From Bacteroidota bacterium (lineage in GTDB: Bacteria; Bacteroidota; Bacteroidia; Palsa-965), in contig VBWE01000002.1 in assembly GCA_006218065.1 (NCBI GenBank), positions 85,973 to 149,972 on the forward strand: a stretch of 64,000 bases of DNA. Reading direction: 5' to 3'. Position numbers and translations under genes: made by a program. Below, piece by piece: positions 17,221 through 27,408 of this stretch. Each line of letters begins with the position of its first letter. Position 1 is the stretch's first letter. Below the pieces are notes generated by a model. It ran no database searches. It saw only the letters and a program-made list of their open reading frames with translations, and was not told the DNA's origin.

Positions 17221-19656
17221 ATGAAAAACTCCGCCGCGATTTTGTTTTTCCTCTCCAGCGTAATCATCGCCCACGCCCAGTCGCCTGCCCCGGGAGTAAT
17301 CAAAGGGAAGGCGGTGGATGACAAACAGGTACCCGTTCCATTCGCTACAGTACTGCTGAAATCGGCCGGCGACTCTGCTTTATATAAAGGAGAACTCGCC
17401 GACGAGGACGGAAATTTTATACTGGAACAGGTAAAGCCCGGCAATTATTTTCTCGAACTGCGGGCGATCAATTATACGCCCGTTGTACGCAACGACCTGC
17501 GCCTGGAGGAAAACGGCCCGGGGATCGACCTGGCGAATATGATACTGCCGCCGCTTGCACAGGCGATCGGCGAAGTGGAAGTGAAAGCGGACAAGCCGTT
17601 CATCGAGCGGCAGGTTGACCGGACCGTGGTGAACGTGGAAAACAGCATCATCCATGTGAACTCTTCGGTGATCGAAGTGCTGGAAAAATTACCCGGCGTA
17701 ATGGTGAGCCAGGAAGGCATCATCAGCCTGAAAGGAAAACAAGGTGTAATCGTAACCATTGACAATAAACCGACCGGCCTGAGCGGACAGGACCTGGCGA
17801 ATATGCTGCGCGGCCTGTCCTCGTCGAATATCCAGAAGATCGAGATCATCACCAATCCCCCGGCGCGGTATGATGCTGCCGGAAGCGCAGGGATCATCAA
17901 CATCGTGATGAAGAAAAACCGGAAAGAAGGTTTCAGCGGCAGCGTGAGTGCGGGATACGGCCAGGGCCGTTATGAAAAATACAACAGCGGGGTCAACCTG
18001 GCTTTCCGCAGGAACAAAAGCAATTATTACCTGAGCTATTCTTTTTCGCACCGCAAAGGATTCAACAACCTGGTGCTGACGCGTAATTTTTTCAATGGAG
18101 ATACGCTGAACACGGTTTTTGAAACGGACGACTATATCCTTTTCCCGTTCAATACGCATACGCCGCGCATGGGCGCGGATTTCGATCTTTCTTCGCGCAC
18201 TTCGCTTTCGCTGCTGGCCACGGGCGTGGTGAATCATTTCAACCCGACGGCGAACAACCATACCGATATTTTGAACGGGCAGGATGAATTAGTCAGCAGT
18301 TACGATTTCATCAACCATTCGCAGGATAAATGGTACAACTACGCCGGCAACACGCAAATCCGCCACCGTTTTGATACCACGGGCCAGGAGCTGACGGCCG
18401 ATCTCGATTATGCGCGCTACTGGAACAATACGGATCAGCAGTTCACCACCACGCAATACGATTCGGCAGGAAACTACGCGGGACAATCGACGCTGGTGGG
18501 CGACCAGGACGGCGCACTCGTTATTTATTCGGCGAAAACGGATTATACCAAACCGCTGAAAAACAATGCGCGTTTCGATGCCGGGTTAAAATCGAGTTAC
18601 GTGGAAGCGGATAACAACGTGCTGTTCTACAATAAACAAAACGAACTGCTGGTGCTCGACAGTACGATCAGCAATCATTTCCTGTATTCGGAAAATATCA
18701 ACGCGGCGTATATCAACTACCGGAAAGAATTCAAGAAGCTCACCATGCAGCTCGGCCTGCGCGGAGAACAGACCGTAGCCAAAGGTGAGCAGCAGATTAC
18801 CGGGCAGAAATTCCGCCGCGATTACCTGCAGCCGTTCCCGTCCGTTTTCTTCGATTATAAACTCAGCGAGAAACACGGTTTGAACCTCAGCCTCAGCCGC
18901 CGCATCGACCGGCCCGCATACCAGCAGATGAACCCGTTCAGGAGACTGATCGACGCCACCACCTATGCCGAAGGAAATCCGTACCTGCTGCCGCAGCTCA
19001 CTTATAATGCGGAACTGACCTACACGTTCAAAGAATCGTTTTTCGCTACGCTCGGCTACAGTTTCACCACCGATAACATCACCGAGGCACTTATCCAGGA
19101 TAATATCAGCAGGCTGACGGTTCAGACGACCGTGAACCTGGCCCGGTTTCATTACTACAGCCTGAACCTGAATTATTCCAAAAAACTCACCGAGTGGTGG
19201 ACAACGAATACCAGTCTTTTATCTTACTACGGTATTTATACGGGAACGATCAACCAGTTCACCATCAACCAGGGAATTCCGTCGTTCTACCTGAATACGA
19301 ACAACAGTTTCCCGCTCACGAAAACAATATCGATGGAACTCGGGTTCATGTACAGTCATCGTATGCTTTATGGTGTTACCACGCTTCTCCCGAATTACAA
19401 CCTGACTGCCGGCGTACAGTTTTCGCTTTTCAAAAAACGTGGATCACTAACGATCAACGGAAACGACCTGCTCTGGAAAGCTTACCCGAGCGGTGTTACG
19501 CATTTCGGGAACGTGGACGAGTACTGGACGGCGATACGCGATACACGCCAGGTAAATATAAATTTCAGTTACCGTTTCGGAAAAGGCCAGGCCGGCCGGA
19601 TGCGCCGCAATACCGGAGCGGATGAAGAAAAGGGACGGACGAGCGTAAGCGGATAA
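17221..19656 (+). CDS. TonB-dependent-receptor-like outer membrane beta-barrel protein with N-terminal carboxypeptidase-regulatory-like domain
   Basis: Signal peptide. CarbopepD_reg-like VIKGKAVDDKQVPVPFATVLL. Plug-like region, long beta-barrel, aromatic C-terminal strand. Confidence 0.75.
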   Translation: MKNSAAILFFLSSVIIAHAQSPAPGVIKGKAVDDKQVPVPFATVLLKSAGDSALYKGELADEDGNFILEQVKPGNYFLELRAINYTPVVRNDLRLEENGPGIDLANMILPPLAQAIGEVEVKADKPFIERQVDRTVVNVENSIIHVNSSVIEVLEKLPGVMVSQEGIISLKGKQGVIVTIDNKPTGLSGQDLANMLRGLSSSNIQKIEIITNPPARYDAAGSAGIINIVMKKNRKEGFSGSVSAGYGQGRYEKYNSGVNLAFRRNKSNYYLSYSFSHRKGFNNLVLTRNFFNGDTLNTVFETDDYILFPFNTHTPRMGADFDLSSRTSLSLLATGVVNHFNPTANNHTDILNGQDELVSSYDFINHSQDKWYNYAGNTQIRHRFDTTGQELTADLDYARYWNNTDQQFTTTQYDSAGNYAGQSTLVGDQDGALVIYSAKTDYTKPLKNNARFDAGLKSSYVEADNNVLFYNKQNELLVLDSTISNHFLYSENINAAYINYRKEFKKLTMQLGLRGEQTVAKGEQQITGQKFRRDYLQPFPSVFFDYKLSEKHGLNLSLSRRIDRPAYQQMNPFRRLIDATTYAEGNPYLLPQLTYNAELTYTFKESFFATLGYSFTTDNITEALIQDNISRLTVQTTVNLARFHYYSLNLNYSKKLTEWWTTNTSLLSYYGIYTGTINQFTINQGIPSFYLNTNNSFPLTKTISMELGFMYSHRMLYGVTTLLPNYNLTAGVQFSLFKKRGSLTINGNDLLWKAYPSGVTHFGNVDEYWTAIRDTRQVNINFSYRFGKGQAGRMRRNTGADEEKGRTSVSG

Positions 19657-19666
19657 AGTAATCCGT

Positions 19667-19895
19667 TTAAAATTCCTCCGCAGAGCCGTTTTACAGGAAA
19701 ACAGTTGCTGCAGGTCGGAATAGATCCAGTCGGCAGCAGCAGTAGCAGTCAGCATGGCTTAAACCCGGAGTAAGTATATCTTGACGACATCCCTGTAATA
19801 CGGAGACTGCCACTGCCGACTGCCGCTGAATAAAAGACTATTCCGACGTATAATTAAAGACTTTGCTGTAAAACGGCTCTGCGGAGGAATTTTAA
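19667..19895. repeat. 229-bp palindromic repeat element with 30-bp perfect terminal inverted repeats (TTAAAATTCCTCCGCAGAGCCGTTTTACAG) between convergent genes
   Basis: Left arm 19667-19696 and right arm 19866-19895 are exact reverse complements. Interior has nested inverted repeats (gtcggaatag/ctattccgac, cagtcggcagcag/gactgccactgcc). Contains the 18-mer GACTGCCACTGCCGACTG also found at 25739-25756. The right arm overlaps the stop codon of the gene ending at 19892. Confidence 0.65.
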
Positions 19896-22306
19896 ATTCT
19901 CACACCGATCACGCATACATCATCCACCTGGTCGAGCGAACCGCGCCAGCTTTCAAACGACCGGTTCAGCAGGTCGAGTTGTTCATCCATCGGTTTGCGG
20001 CAATTGGCGAGCAGCAGTTCCTGCAGCGGACGGTACTTGAATTTTTTTCCTTTCGGTCCGCCGAACTGGTCGGGAAAACCGTCGGTGAGCAGGTAAAGAC
20101 AATCGCCGGGCTGCACGAAAACTTCCTGCGTGCGGAAAGGCCGCGCCGAATCGAACTGACCGATCGGCTGTTTGTCGGGAGCCAGTTCTTCAATAGCCGT
20201 TCCGTCTTTGCGGATGATCCAGAGCGGGTTGTTCGCGCCTGCCCAAAGGATTTGCGAGTTTTCCCGGTTGAAACAGCAGAGCGAAATGTCCATCCCGTCT
20301 TTTACTTCACTTTCGCTTTTCGCAAATGTTTCGATGACGAGTTCGCGGACTTTGTCGAGGATTTTCCCCGGTTCGGTAATGCCGAATTCATTCACCGTGC
20401 GGTTGAGCGCGTTGGAACAAACCACGCTCACCATCGCGCCCGGAACGCCGTGCCCGGTACAGTCGGCCGCAGCGAATAGTATTAATTTACTGGTCAGGTC
20501 GAGCGGAGTCGGATTTGATTTTTCACTGGTCAGGTCGAGCGCCTGCCCGCCGTACGACTTTGGGAGGCGGGGAGTCGAGACCTCCATCCAGTAAAAATCA
20601 CCCGCCACGATATCTTTCGGCCTGTACATCACAAAACTTTCCGGCAAAAAACTCCGCCACAGTTTTTCCGGCGGAAGAATAGCATCCTGCAGGCGCTTGG
20701 CGTATGTAATGCTGTCGGTGATCTCTTTGTTTTTTTCTTCCACGATGTCGCGCTGGTGCTGCACTTCTTCTTTCTGGCGCGAAATGACGGTGTTCTGTTC
20801 GGCAAGCTGCACGTTCGCTTTCTTTTTCTGCCGGTACCCACGGAAAGCCACAGCCAGCAGCACCAGCAGCAGGAGCGAACCGATGAGCACGGCGAATAGC
20901 TGCTGCGCGCGTTTTTTATTCTGTTCGTCGAGCTTGCCGCGCTCGGCCTGTTCTTTCTGCAGCTGCACGGTTTTAACCTGCTGATCGAGTTTGAGCAGTT
21001 CGTTCTGCTTGCGGTTCGATTCCGATTCGGCTTCCGCTTTCTGCAGCTGGATCGCTTTCATCTCGGCTTCTTTGTTCAGCAGCGCCAGGGCCTGTTCTTT
21101 GCGCAGCTGGTCGGCATGGGCTTTTTCAAGTTCCAGCGCAGTCAGCCTGTTTTTCTGGCCGAGCAGTACGATCTCGCTTTCTTTCTTTTCGGTTTCGTAC
21201 TTGGTCTGCATTTCGGCCAGCGTCTTACTGCGGTCGTAATTGAAAAGCGAATCGCGGATACGGGAATTGACGTAAATAAAATCGGCGGCTTCTTTGTATT
21301 TCCCCAGGTTATAATATTCATTCCCGACATTGAAAGAAGAAGAACGCATGACCGGCAGATCGCCCACCTCGCTGCTGATCCGGTACGATTCGAGGAAATA
21401 ATCGATGGCCTTCTCTTTTTTATTGTCGCTCTTCGCCATGATCTGCCCGGCGGAATTCAGGCTGTTTGCCAGTCCGCGTTTGTCGCCAATCTCTTTCTGC
21501 AGGCTGATACATTCTTCGAGATACGTAATGGCCTGCGGGTATTCCTGGTAATCGAGATAAACATTGGAAAGATTACTGAGCGAAGCAGCCAGCGATTTTT
21601 TATCGTTCAGTTTTCGTTTAACGGCAAGTCCTTCATCCAGGTAGTGAATCGCGCTGTCCTTATTCGAGATCGCGTGGTACGCCATGCCGATATTGTTCGC
21701 GCAGATTCCCGCGCCGCGCGTATCGCCGATCTTTTTGCAGAGCCGGTACGACTGGCTGTAATAGTCGATCGCCGCTTTTTTGTTGCCGGAATAATTGTAC
21801 ACCCCGCCGATGTTCATCAGCGTGTATGCCTTGCTGCCCGCCTGCGTTTTTTCATCGTAATGCGGCAGCACCTCGAGAAAGTTTTTCAGCGCGAGATCGT
21901 ATTTCGACAGGTTGAAGTAAATGATGCCGAGACTGTTCAGGCAGGCCGAGATTCCGCCCGCGTCGGGAATCGAACGGTTGATAGCCAGCGCTTCTTCGAT
22001 ATTACTGATCGCTTTTTTGTAATCGCCGTGCTCGTCGTAATATATTCCGATGATCCGCAGGCAATATGCTTCGCACCAATTATAATTTGTTTTCCGTGCA
22101 AGTGAGATCGACTCCTGCGCGTACTTCAGGCATTGGTCGGGATCGTCATGCTGCACGGCCAGGGCCAGTTCGCGCAGGATATCGGCTTTGTCGCGGTCGC
22201 CGGCTGTTTTCAGCGCGGTTTTCAGGCTGTCGATGTTCTGGCTGCAAAGCGGGAACGCGAAAAACGTCCAGGCAAAAATGAAAGCAAAAATCCGCGGAAA
22301 CAGCAT
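19892..22306 (-). CDS. TPR-repeat sensor protein with coiled-coil, one TM, and C-terminal PP2C/SpoIIE-family Ser/Thr phosphatase domain
   Basis: Multiple TPR units (AYTLMNIGGVYNYSGNKKAAIDYYSQS...). Long EQ-rich coiled coil. TM helix LIGSLLLLVLLAVAF. SpoIIE-like GDFYWM...DCTGHGVPGAMVS...LLTDGF. Start trimmed to MLFPRIFAFIF. Confidence 0.7.
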   Translation of the reverse strand: MLFPRIFAFIFAWTFFAFPLCSQNIDSLKTALKTAGDRDKADILRELALAVQHDDPDQCLKYAQESISLARKTNYNWCEAYCLRIIGIYYDEHGDYKKAISNIEEALAINRSIPDAGGISACLNSLGIIYFNLSKYDLALKNFLEVLPHYDEKTQAGSKAYTLMNIGGVYNYSGNKKAAIDYYSQSYRLCKKIGDTRGAGICANNIGMAYHAISNKDSAIHYLDEGLAVKRKLNDKKSLAASLSNLSNVYLDYQEYPQAITYLEECISLQKEIGDKRGLANSLNSAGQIMAKSDNKKEKAIDYFLESYRISSEVGDLPVMRSSSFNVGNEYYNLGKYKEAADFIYVNSRIRDSLFNYDRSKTLAEMQTKYETEKKESEIVLLGQKNRLTALELEKAHADQLRKEQALALLNKEAEMKAIQLQKAEAESESNRKQNELLKLDQQVKTVQLQKEQAERGKLDEQNKKRAQQLFAVLIGSLLLLVLLAVAFRGYRQKKKANVQLAEQNTVISRQKEEVQHQRDIVEEKNKEITDSITYAKRLQDAILPPEKLWRSFLPESFVMYRPKDIVAGDFYWMEVSTPRLPKSYGGQALDLTSEKSNPTPLDLTSKLILFAAADCTGHGVPGAMVSVVCSNALNRTVNEFGITEPGKILDKVRELVIETFAKSESEVKDGMDISLCCFNRENSQILWAGANNPLWIIRKDGTAIEELAPDKQPIGQFDSARPFRTQEVFVQPGDCLYLLTDGFPDQFGGPKGKKFKYRPLQELLLANCRKPMDEQLDLLNRSFESWRGSLDQVDDVCVIGVRI

Positions 22307-22477
22307 AGGACAGGAGTAACAAATCAAAGATCGTGAATTCGCCCGGATAGCCCGCAGAACGACTTTTCCCCGGGCCGCCGCCCATAATTTGTAACATCCG
22401 GGAGTTTTCATGTAACCAGCGGTGCGGGATGCCGGTAAATACGGGGTATTTTTGAAAAGTTCCCAAAACCTCACCCC

Positions 22478-25400
22478 ATGAAAAAAATCTGTACGGTACT
22501 GTTGTTCTGTTTTGCAGCCCTGGGCCTTTCTGCACAGTCCGGCTGGACGATCGTTTCCCAGAATTACTGGCTCAACGATGTTTTTGCGATCGATGCGGAT
22601 ACGGTGATCGCGGTCGGAAACGGCGGAAGAGTAATGCGCTCAACCGACGGCGGACAAAACTGGAAATACCTCAAGGTTCCGACATACCTCGATCTGAACG
22701 GGGTGTATTTTATTTCGCAAACCACGGGCTACATCTGCGGCGATAATGGGATACTCCTGAAGTCCACCAACAGCGGGATTTCCTGGTCGACACAAAGCAC
22801 TTCGACGCTGAGCGAACTGGAAGATATTTTTTTCGTGAACGCGAACGTCGGTTTTATGGTCGGTGAAGGCGACAAGTTTATGAAAACCACCAACGGCGGC
22901 GTGAGCTGGACGAATAATACCGTTATCTCTTCGTTTAACTGGCTCTACGGGGTGCATTTTGTGAGTGCGGATACCGGCTGGGTTTGCGGAGCCTACGGAG
23001 AAGTTTACTACACGGCCAATGGCGGGTCGAGCTGGTCGAACAGGAGTTACAGCACAGGCTACACGTTTACTTCCGTGTTTTTTCTGAACGCAACTACCGG
23101 GTATGTTTCCGGCCTTGGTCCGGGCACGTTGCGAACAGTCAATAGCGGAACCAACTGGACCCAGACGGGCGAATTATTCAAGAAAATGTATTTCGCAAAC
23201 AGTACAACCGGCTGGGGAATAACGCACGACACGATTAAAAAAACCACGGATGGCGGGCTCTCCTGGATGGTGCAGGTCAACCCGACTGCCATACAGATCA
23301 ACGCGGTTCATTTTAACGGGCTGAACAACGGCGCGATTGCGGGATCCGGAGAAATTCTGCATACGCTTAACGGCGGTGCAAACTGGAATGTGGACGGAAC
23401 AGACGTGACCAACGCCATTTATGAAGATGCGTTTTTCGCGAACTCCGGCCTGGGCTGGGTTGTCGGGAACAACCATGTTTTCAAAACGGGCAGCGGGGGC
23501 ACAAGCTGGACGGATACGACCCTGAATGTGTTTTACATGAAGTGTGTGCATTTCATCAATCCCGATACGGGCTGGGCAGGATCGCTCGCGAGCTCGGGAA
23601 ATGGAAAACTCTGGCGTACGATGGACGGCGGAACAAACTGGAGCCTGGTCAGCAGCACTACGACAGACGATGTCTGGTTCACGGACTTCAACAACGGGTT
23701 CCGGATCAACAGCTATACTTCGCAGTTTGAAAAAACAACCAACAGCGGCGCAAACTGGACCAACATATCGTCTTTCAGCGGCTTCGAAGGAGAAATTTAT
23801 TTCCCGAACGCCACTACCGGGTATTGCTACAACAACGGAAGCCAGCATTTCAAAACGATCAACGGCGGAGCTACCTGGACAAATCCCAATCCGCAGATCG
23901 GTCTCGGCGTACATTTCGCCACGCCGCTGAAAGGCTGGGTGGTCGGCAATAATGGCATGATCCAGAGGACCAACGATGGCGGCCTTACCTGGTACACGCA
24001 AACCAGCGGAGTAAACTTTCCGCTTCATGATATTTGTTTCAGTGATGAAACGCATGGCGTTGTTACAGGGTTCAACGGCATTCTGTTGGAAACGAGTAAC
24101 GGCGGTTATACCTGGACACCGGTGGACATAACCAACCAGGAAATGTATGGAATTCATTTCCCGGACGCCGCAACCGGTTATGCCGTGGGAATGGACGGAA
24201 CGATATTGAAAAAAGACAATTCCTCTGCGCCGGTATGCGCCCTCAATTCCGATTTCACTTGTCCCGCGCAGGCATTTAACGGCGATACGCTCACGTTCAA
24301 TTTTACGGGCTACGGCGCCGCAGCATACAGCTGGACAGACAACAGCGCCGTTTTTTCCACCTCGCCGAATGCCACACTGGTTGTGAATTCGAGCGGAACA
24401 CATACCATTTGCCTTACGGTTACCAGCGGCGGATGCACGGATGTTTTCTGCAAAACATTTTCGGCTTACAACTGCGAAACGCAGTGGATTCAGAAAAGAG
24501 ATTTCTCCGGGGCCGGCAGAACAGAGGCTGCGTCATTTACCGTTGGAAGTAAAGGATACCTTGTAGGTGGCTGGAATTCGATGAGTGATACCTGGGAGTA
24601 TGATATGAATGCCGATACCTGGACGCAAAAAGCCAATATTCCCGCCGGACGATACGGAGCATACAGTTTTGCATCCGCCACGAAAGGTTATGTGGCCTGC
24701 GGGTATTCGCCATCATTTTCACTGCAGAATGATCTGTGGGAGTACGATCCAACCGGCAATTCCTGGTTGCAGAAAACAAGTTTGCCCGCTGCGGCGCGCG
24801 CGGAAGGATCGGCGTTCATGATCGGCGGAAAAGCATACCTGTGTTACGGTACCAGCACTTCTGGTTATACCCTCGAAACCTGGGAATATGATCCGGCTAC
24901 CGACAACTGGATGCAGAAATCGAATATCGGCAGCGCGGGCAAAAGATATACGGCCTCGTTTACTGTCGCAGGAAAAGGATACGTCGTGGGAGGCGCGTCT
25001 TTGTCATCCACGTACACCAATGATACCTGGGAATATGATCCTGTTTCGGATTCCTGGTTGGTGCGCGCGGTTCTCCCGGATTACCGCAGGGGTGCGATCG
25101 GGTTCGGGCATGGTCCTTACGGTTATTTGTTCACAGGGAAAAATGGTACAAACAGTTATTCCGCTTCCGGTTTTCGTTTCGACCCGGTATCCAATTCCTG
25201 GCAGCCGATGTCGTCGAACGTAGGTTCCGCCGGCCGCGAATTTGCCTGCGTGTTTCAGAATTCGTCTAGCGTGTACGTCGCTTCCGGCGCCGGGTTTAAC
25301 GGCAGCGATATGACCACCTGGCAATTTAAATTTTGCGGCCCCCCGCTTGCTGCCCAGGCAATTGAAGCGGAAGAAAGCGGACTGTACCTTTATCCGAATC

Positions 25401-25615
25401 CGGGAAGCGATATGCTTAGCTTCCGCCTCGAACACGGAGGAGAACGGATTTCGAAAATCATGCTGTATGATTTGTCGGGCAGGCTGGTGACAGAAACTGC
25501 TGTTCATGCCGTGTCGGGATCGTGTAATGTGTCTGCACTTCTGCCGGGGATTTATCTTTACAAAGCAGAGACCGATAAGAACCGGCAGCTTTACGGGAAG
25601 TGGATAAAGCGATAA
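22478..25615 (+). CDS. Ycf48/BNR (sialidase-like) and Kelch beta-propeller repeat protein with T9SS C-terminal sorting domain
   Basis: About 20 S-x-D-x-G-x-(T/S/N)-W units (TDGGQNW, TNGGVSW, ...). A C-terminal Kelch-like block (GKGYVVGG, GKAYLCYG). CTD LYLYPNPGSDMLSFRLEH...GIYLYKAETDKNRQL. Confidence 0.7.
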   Translation: MKKICTVLLFCFAALGLSAQSGWTIVSQNYWLNDVFAIDADTVIAVGNGGRVMRSTDGGQNWKYLKVPTYLDLNGVYFISQTTGYICGDNGILLKSTNSGISWSTQSTSTLSELEDIFFVNANVGFMVGEGDKFMKTTNGGVSWTNNTVISSFNWLYGVHFVSADTGWVCGAYGEVYYTANGGSSWSNRSYSTGYTFTSVFFLNATTGYVSGLGPGTLRTVNSGTNWTQTGELFKKMYFANSTTGWGITHDTIKKTTDGGLSWMVQVNPTAIQINAVHFNGLNNGAIAGSGEILHTLNGGANWNVDGTDVTNAIYEDAFFANSGLGWVVGNNHVFKTGSGGTSWTDTTLNVFYMKCVHFINPDTGWAGSLASSGNGKLWRTMDGGTNWSLVSSTTTDDVWFTDFNNGFRINSYTSQFEKTTNSGANWTNISSFSGFEGEIYFPNATTGYCYNNGSQHFKTINGGATWTNPNPQIGLGVHFATPLKGWVVGNNGMIQRTNDGGLTWYTQTSGVNFPLHDICFSDETHGVVTGFNGILLETSNGGYTWTPVDITNQEMYGIHFPDAATGYAVGMDGTILKKDNSSAPVCALNSDFTCPAQAFNGDTLTFNFTGYGAAAYSWTDNSAVFSTSPNATLVVNSSGTHTICLTVTSGGCTDVFCKTFSAYNCETQWIQKRDFSGAGRTEAASFTVGSKGYLVGGWNSMSDTWEYDMNADTWTQKANIPAGRYGAYSFASATKGYVACGYSPSFSLQNDLWEYDPTGNSWLQKTSLPAAARAEGSAFMIGGKAYLCYGTSTSGYTLETWEYDPATDNWMQKSNIGSAGKRYTASFTVAGKGYVVGGASLSSTYTNDTWEYDPVSDSWLVRAVLPDYRRGAIGFGHGPYGYLFTGKNGTNSYSASGFRFDPVSNSWQPMSSNVGSAGREFACVFQNSSSVYVASGAGFNGSDMTTWQFKFCGPPLAAQAIEAEESGLYLYPNPGSDMLSFRLEHGGERISKIMLYDLSGRLVTETAVHAVSGSCNVSALLPGIYLYKAETDKNRQLYGKWIKR

Positions 25616-25624
25616 CAGGTAGTC

Positions 25625-25770
25625 GATCCAATGTAGCAGTACATTTAATCGCTACTATGTAGGGGCGATTCATTGAATCGCCCCTACGAAGTATGTACTG
25701 ATAGCAATCGGTACCTATTTATGGATGCCCGGGAACATGACTGCCACTGCCGACTGTATCTGTTCCGACG
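25625..25770. repeat. palindromic repeat element, second member of the family at 19667-19895
   Basis: Perfect 29-bp palindrome GTAGGGGCGATTCA-T-TGAATCGCCCCTAC (25659-25687) inside a larger imperfect palindrome. Shares GACTGCCACTGCCGACTG (25739-25756) and a TTCCGACG tail with the 19.8-kb element. Confidence 0.55.
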
Positions 25771-25819
25771 AAAAACAGTCTTCCCGGGTAACGGTTACAA
25801 GGAAGAATTTAAACAAATA

Positions 25820-27406
25820 TTATTCCTCCGGCTGAGAATACCACGTACGATACCAGCGGCTGAACAGGAAAGCAATGCTGATCAGCAGCAGGGCCGCTCC
25901 GCCATACTGCGCAAGCGCGTAATGCAGATCTTCATTGGCGAAAACCCGGTCGTATTCTTCGGGAGCATCCGGGCGATACGGGTGAAGCTTGTGCATCCAG
26001 GAATAATACAGCCCGACGATGATCAGGGGAATGAAGTATGTCATCCAGAATGTAAAATTCAGCGCGATGCCTTTTACCAGGCTGCGGACCCGTGACATCC
26101 CGATGGTGACGGATATGGCGAGAAAAACCGCATAATAAACAAGCAGCACAACCAATATGCCGCGTTCATGGAAACGGGTAACCGCGAGAAACAAACCGGT
26201 AAGAATAGCGATGATGATACCGGCTAGTATCGAAAGGAAAAAAGTTTTGACGGTGGAATGCCGGAAAGCGAAGAGCAGTAAAACCTGGCAGAGTACGAAG
26301 TAAAAAGTGAACAGGGCAAGGCTTTTAACATTCTCCGTGTCGAAACGGTGCTTCCGGGACATGATGTTTTTCATCGCATGATCCATCGACCACGTATCGT
26401 ATTTCCTGTTGATATATTCCGACAGGTTCGATCCGTCGGTCGCTATTTCCACAATACCATAATAGTTATGGTTTATCACATAATTCCAGGAGCTCATCGG
26501 GAGCCGGTATTTTGCGTTCATTTTCCGTATGCGCGATGTTGCTTCTTCTTCCGAATACTTCGGATTGTCGCGATAAATAAGATAGTACAAGTCGAGCGTG
26601 GTGAACAAACGCTTGCGTGAATCGTCGTAAGCGGAATGTGACTCCGGTTCCATGGAGAACTCGTTGTAATGTGAGTACCACGGTGCGACATGCTGCAGTT
26701 TGGTAAACGTAAAAAGCACGTACGTGTTGAAATCGATTTTCTGCACGCTGTCGGCTTCCGCCATGCGCCATTCGTAATCATTCTGCTCACGCCAGGCGTA
26801 TGTCGTGCTGTTGGCCCGTGGCTCGCCATCATTCCTGGCACGGAGTTCGGCATTTTTCTGCTCGGCTTCTTCACTCGATCCGACGAGAATGATCGTATCA
26901 ATTTTGATACTCAGTTCGAAGGAATTTTTAACCAGCAGGCCTACGCAATAATTGACATCGTTGGCATCGCGGATTACTTCTTCGTCGGTAAACGTAGCAT
27001 CCGCTTTTTGTTTTTCCGTAACGAACGGAATATAGACGAGCACGGTTAAAACGAAAATCGTGAGATAAAAAACCAGGAAATTCCGGAGACGATCTCCCGG
27101 GGCGAGCGTTCCGAAGCGTTTGAACACGTTGAAACGGAAAAGATAAACTAACCAGAAAATCAGCCCGATGCCGGAAATCAAAGCGCCTGCCGTGACCCAT
27201 AAGCCCACCATGCTCGTTGAACGCGGGTCGTCGGGCATCACCAGGCATATCGCGTAAAACGCCGCCGCGAATAGCAGCGCATAATACAGCACCATATGCG
27301 TGCGTGCCGACCAGGTATCCGGATAGTTTTTCAGCAGCCACTGATCGAACCTGGAAAGCGCCTTCGGCGCAAGCGGCCGTTTCGGGAAATTATGTTCAGG
27401 GTTCAT
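25820..27406 (-). CDS. large polytopic membrane protein of unknown function (about 12 TM; possible ABC-transporter-associated permease)
   Basis: Start taken at MNPEHNFPKRP so that it abuts the upstream ATPase gene. Many hydrophobic helices. No recognisable catalytic motifs. Confidence 0.5.
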   Translation of the reverse strand: MNPEHNFPKRPLAPKALSRFDQWLLKNYPDTWSARTHMVLYYALLFAAAFYAICLVMPDDPRSTSMVGLWVTAGALISGIGLIFWLVYLFRFNVFKRFGTLAPGDRLRNFLVFYLTIFVLTVLVYIPFVTEKQKADATFTDEEVIRDANDVNYCVGLLVKNSFELSIKIDTIILVGSSEEAEQKNAELRARNDGEPRANSTTYAWREQNDYEWRMAEADSVQKIDFNTYVLFTFTKLQHVAPWYSHYNEFSMEPESHSAYDDSRKRLFTTLDLYYLIYRDNPKYSEEEATSRIRKMNAKYRLPMSSWNYVINHNYYGIVEIATDGSNLSEYINRKYDTWSMDHAMKNIMSRKHRFDTENVKSLALFTFYFVLCQVLLLFAFRHSTVKTFFLSILAGIIIAILTGLFLAVTRFHERGILVVLLVYYAVFLAISVTIGMSRVRSLVKGIALNFTFWMTYFIPLIIVGLYYSWMHKLHPYRPDAPEEYDRVFANEDLHYALAQYGGAALLLISIAFLFSRWYRTWYSQPEE

Positions 27407-27408
27407 CT

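Noticed and set aside
21116-22105. 329-aa plus-strand ORF
   Set aside because: Antisense to the TPR/PP2C gene.
23174-24403. 409-aa minus-strand ORF
   Set aside because: Antisense to the BNR/Kelch repeat gene, whose repeat periodicity is clear only on the plus strand.
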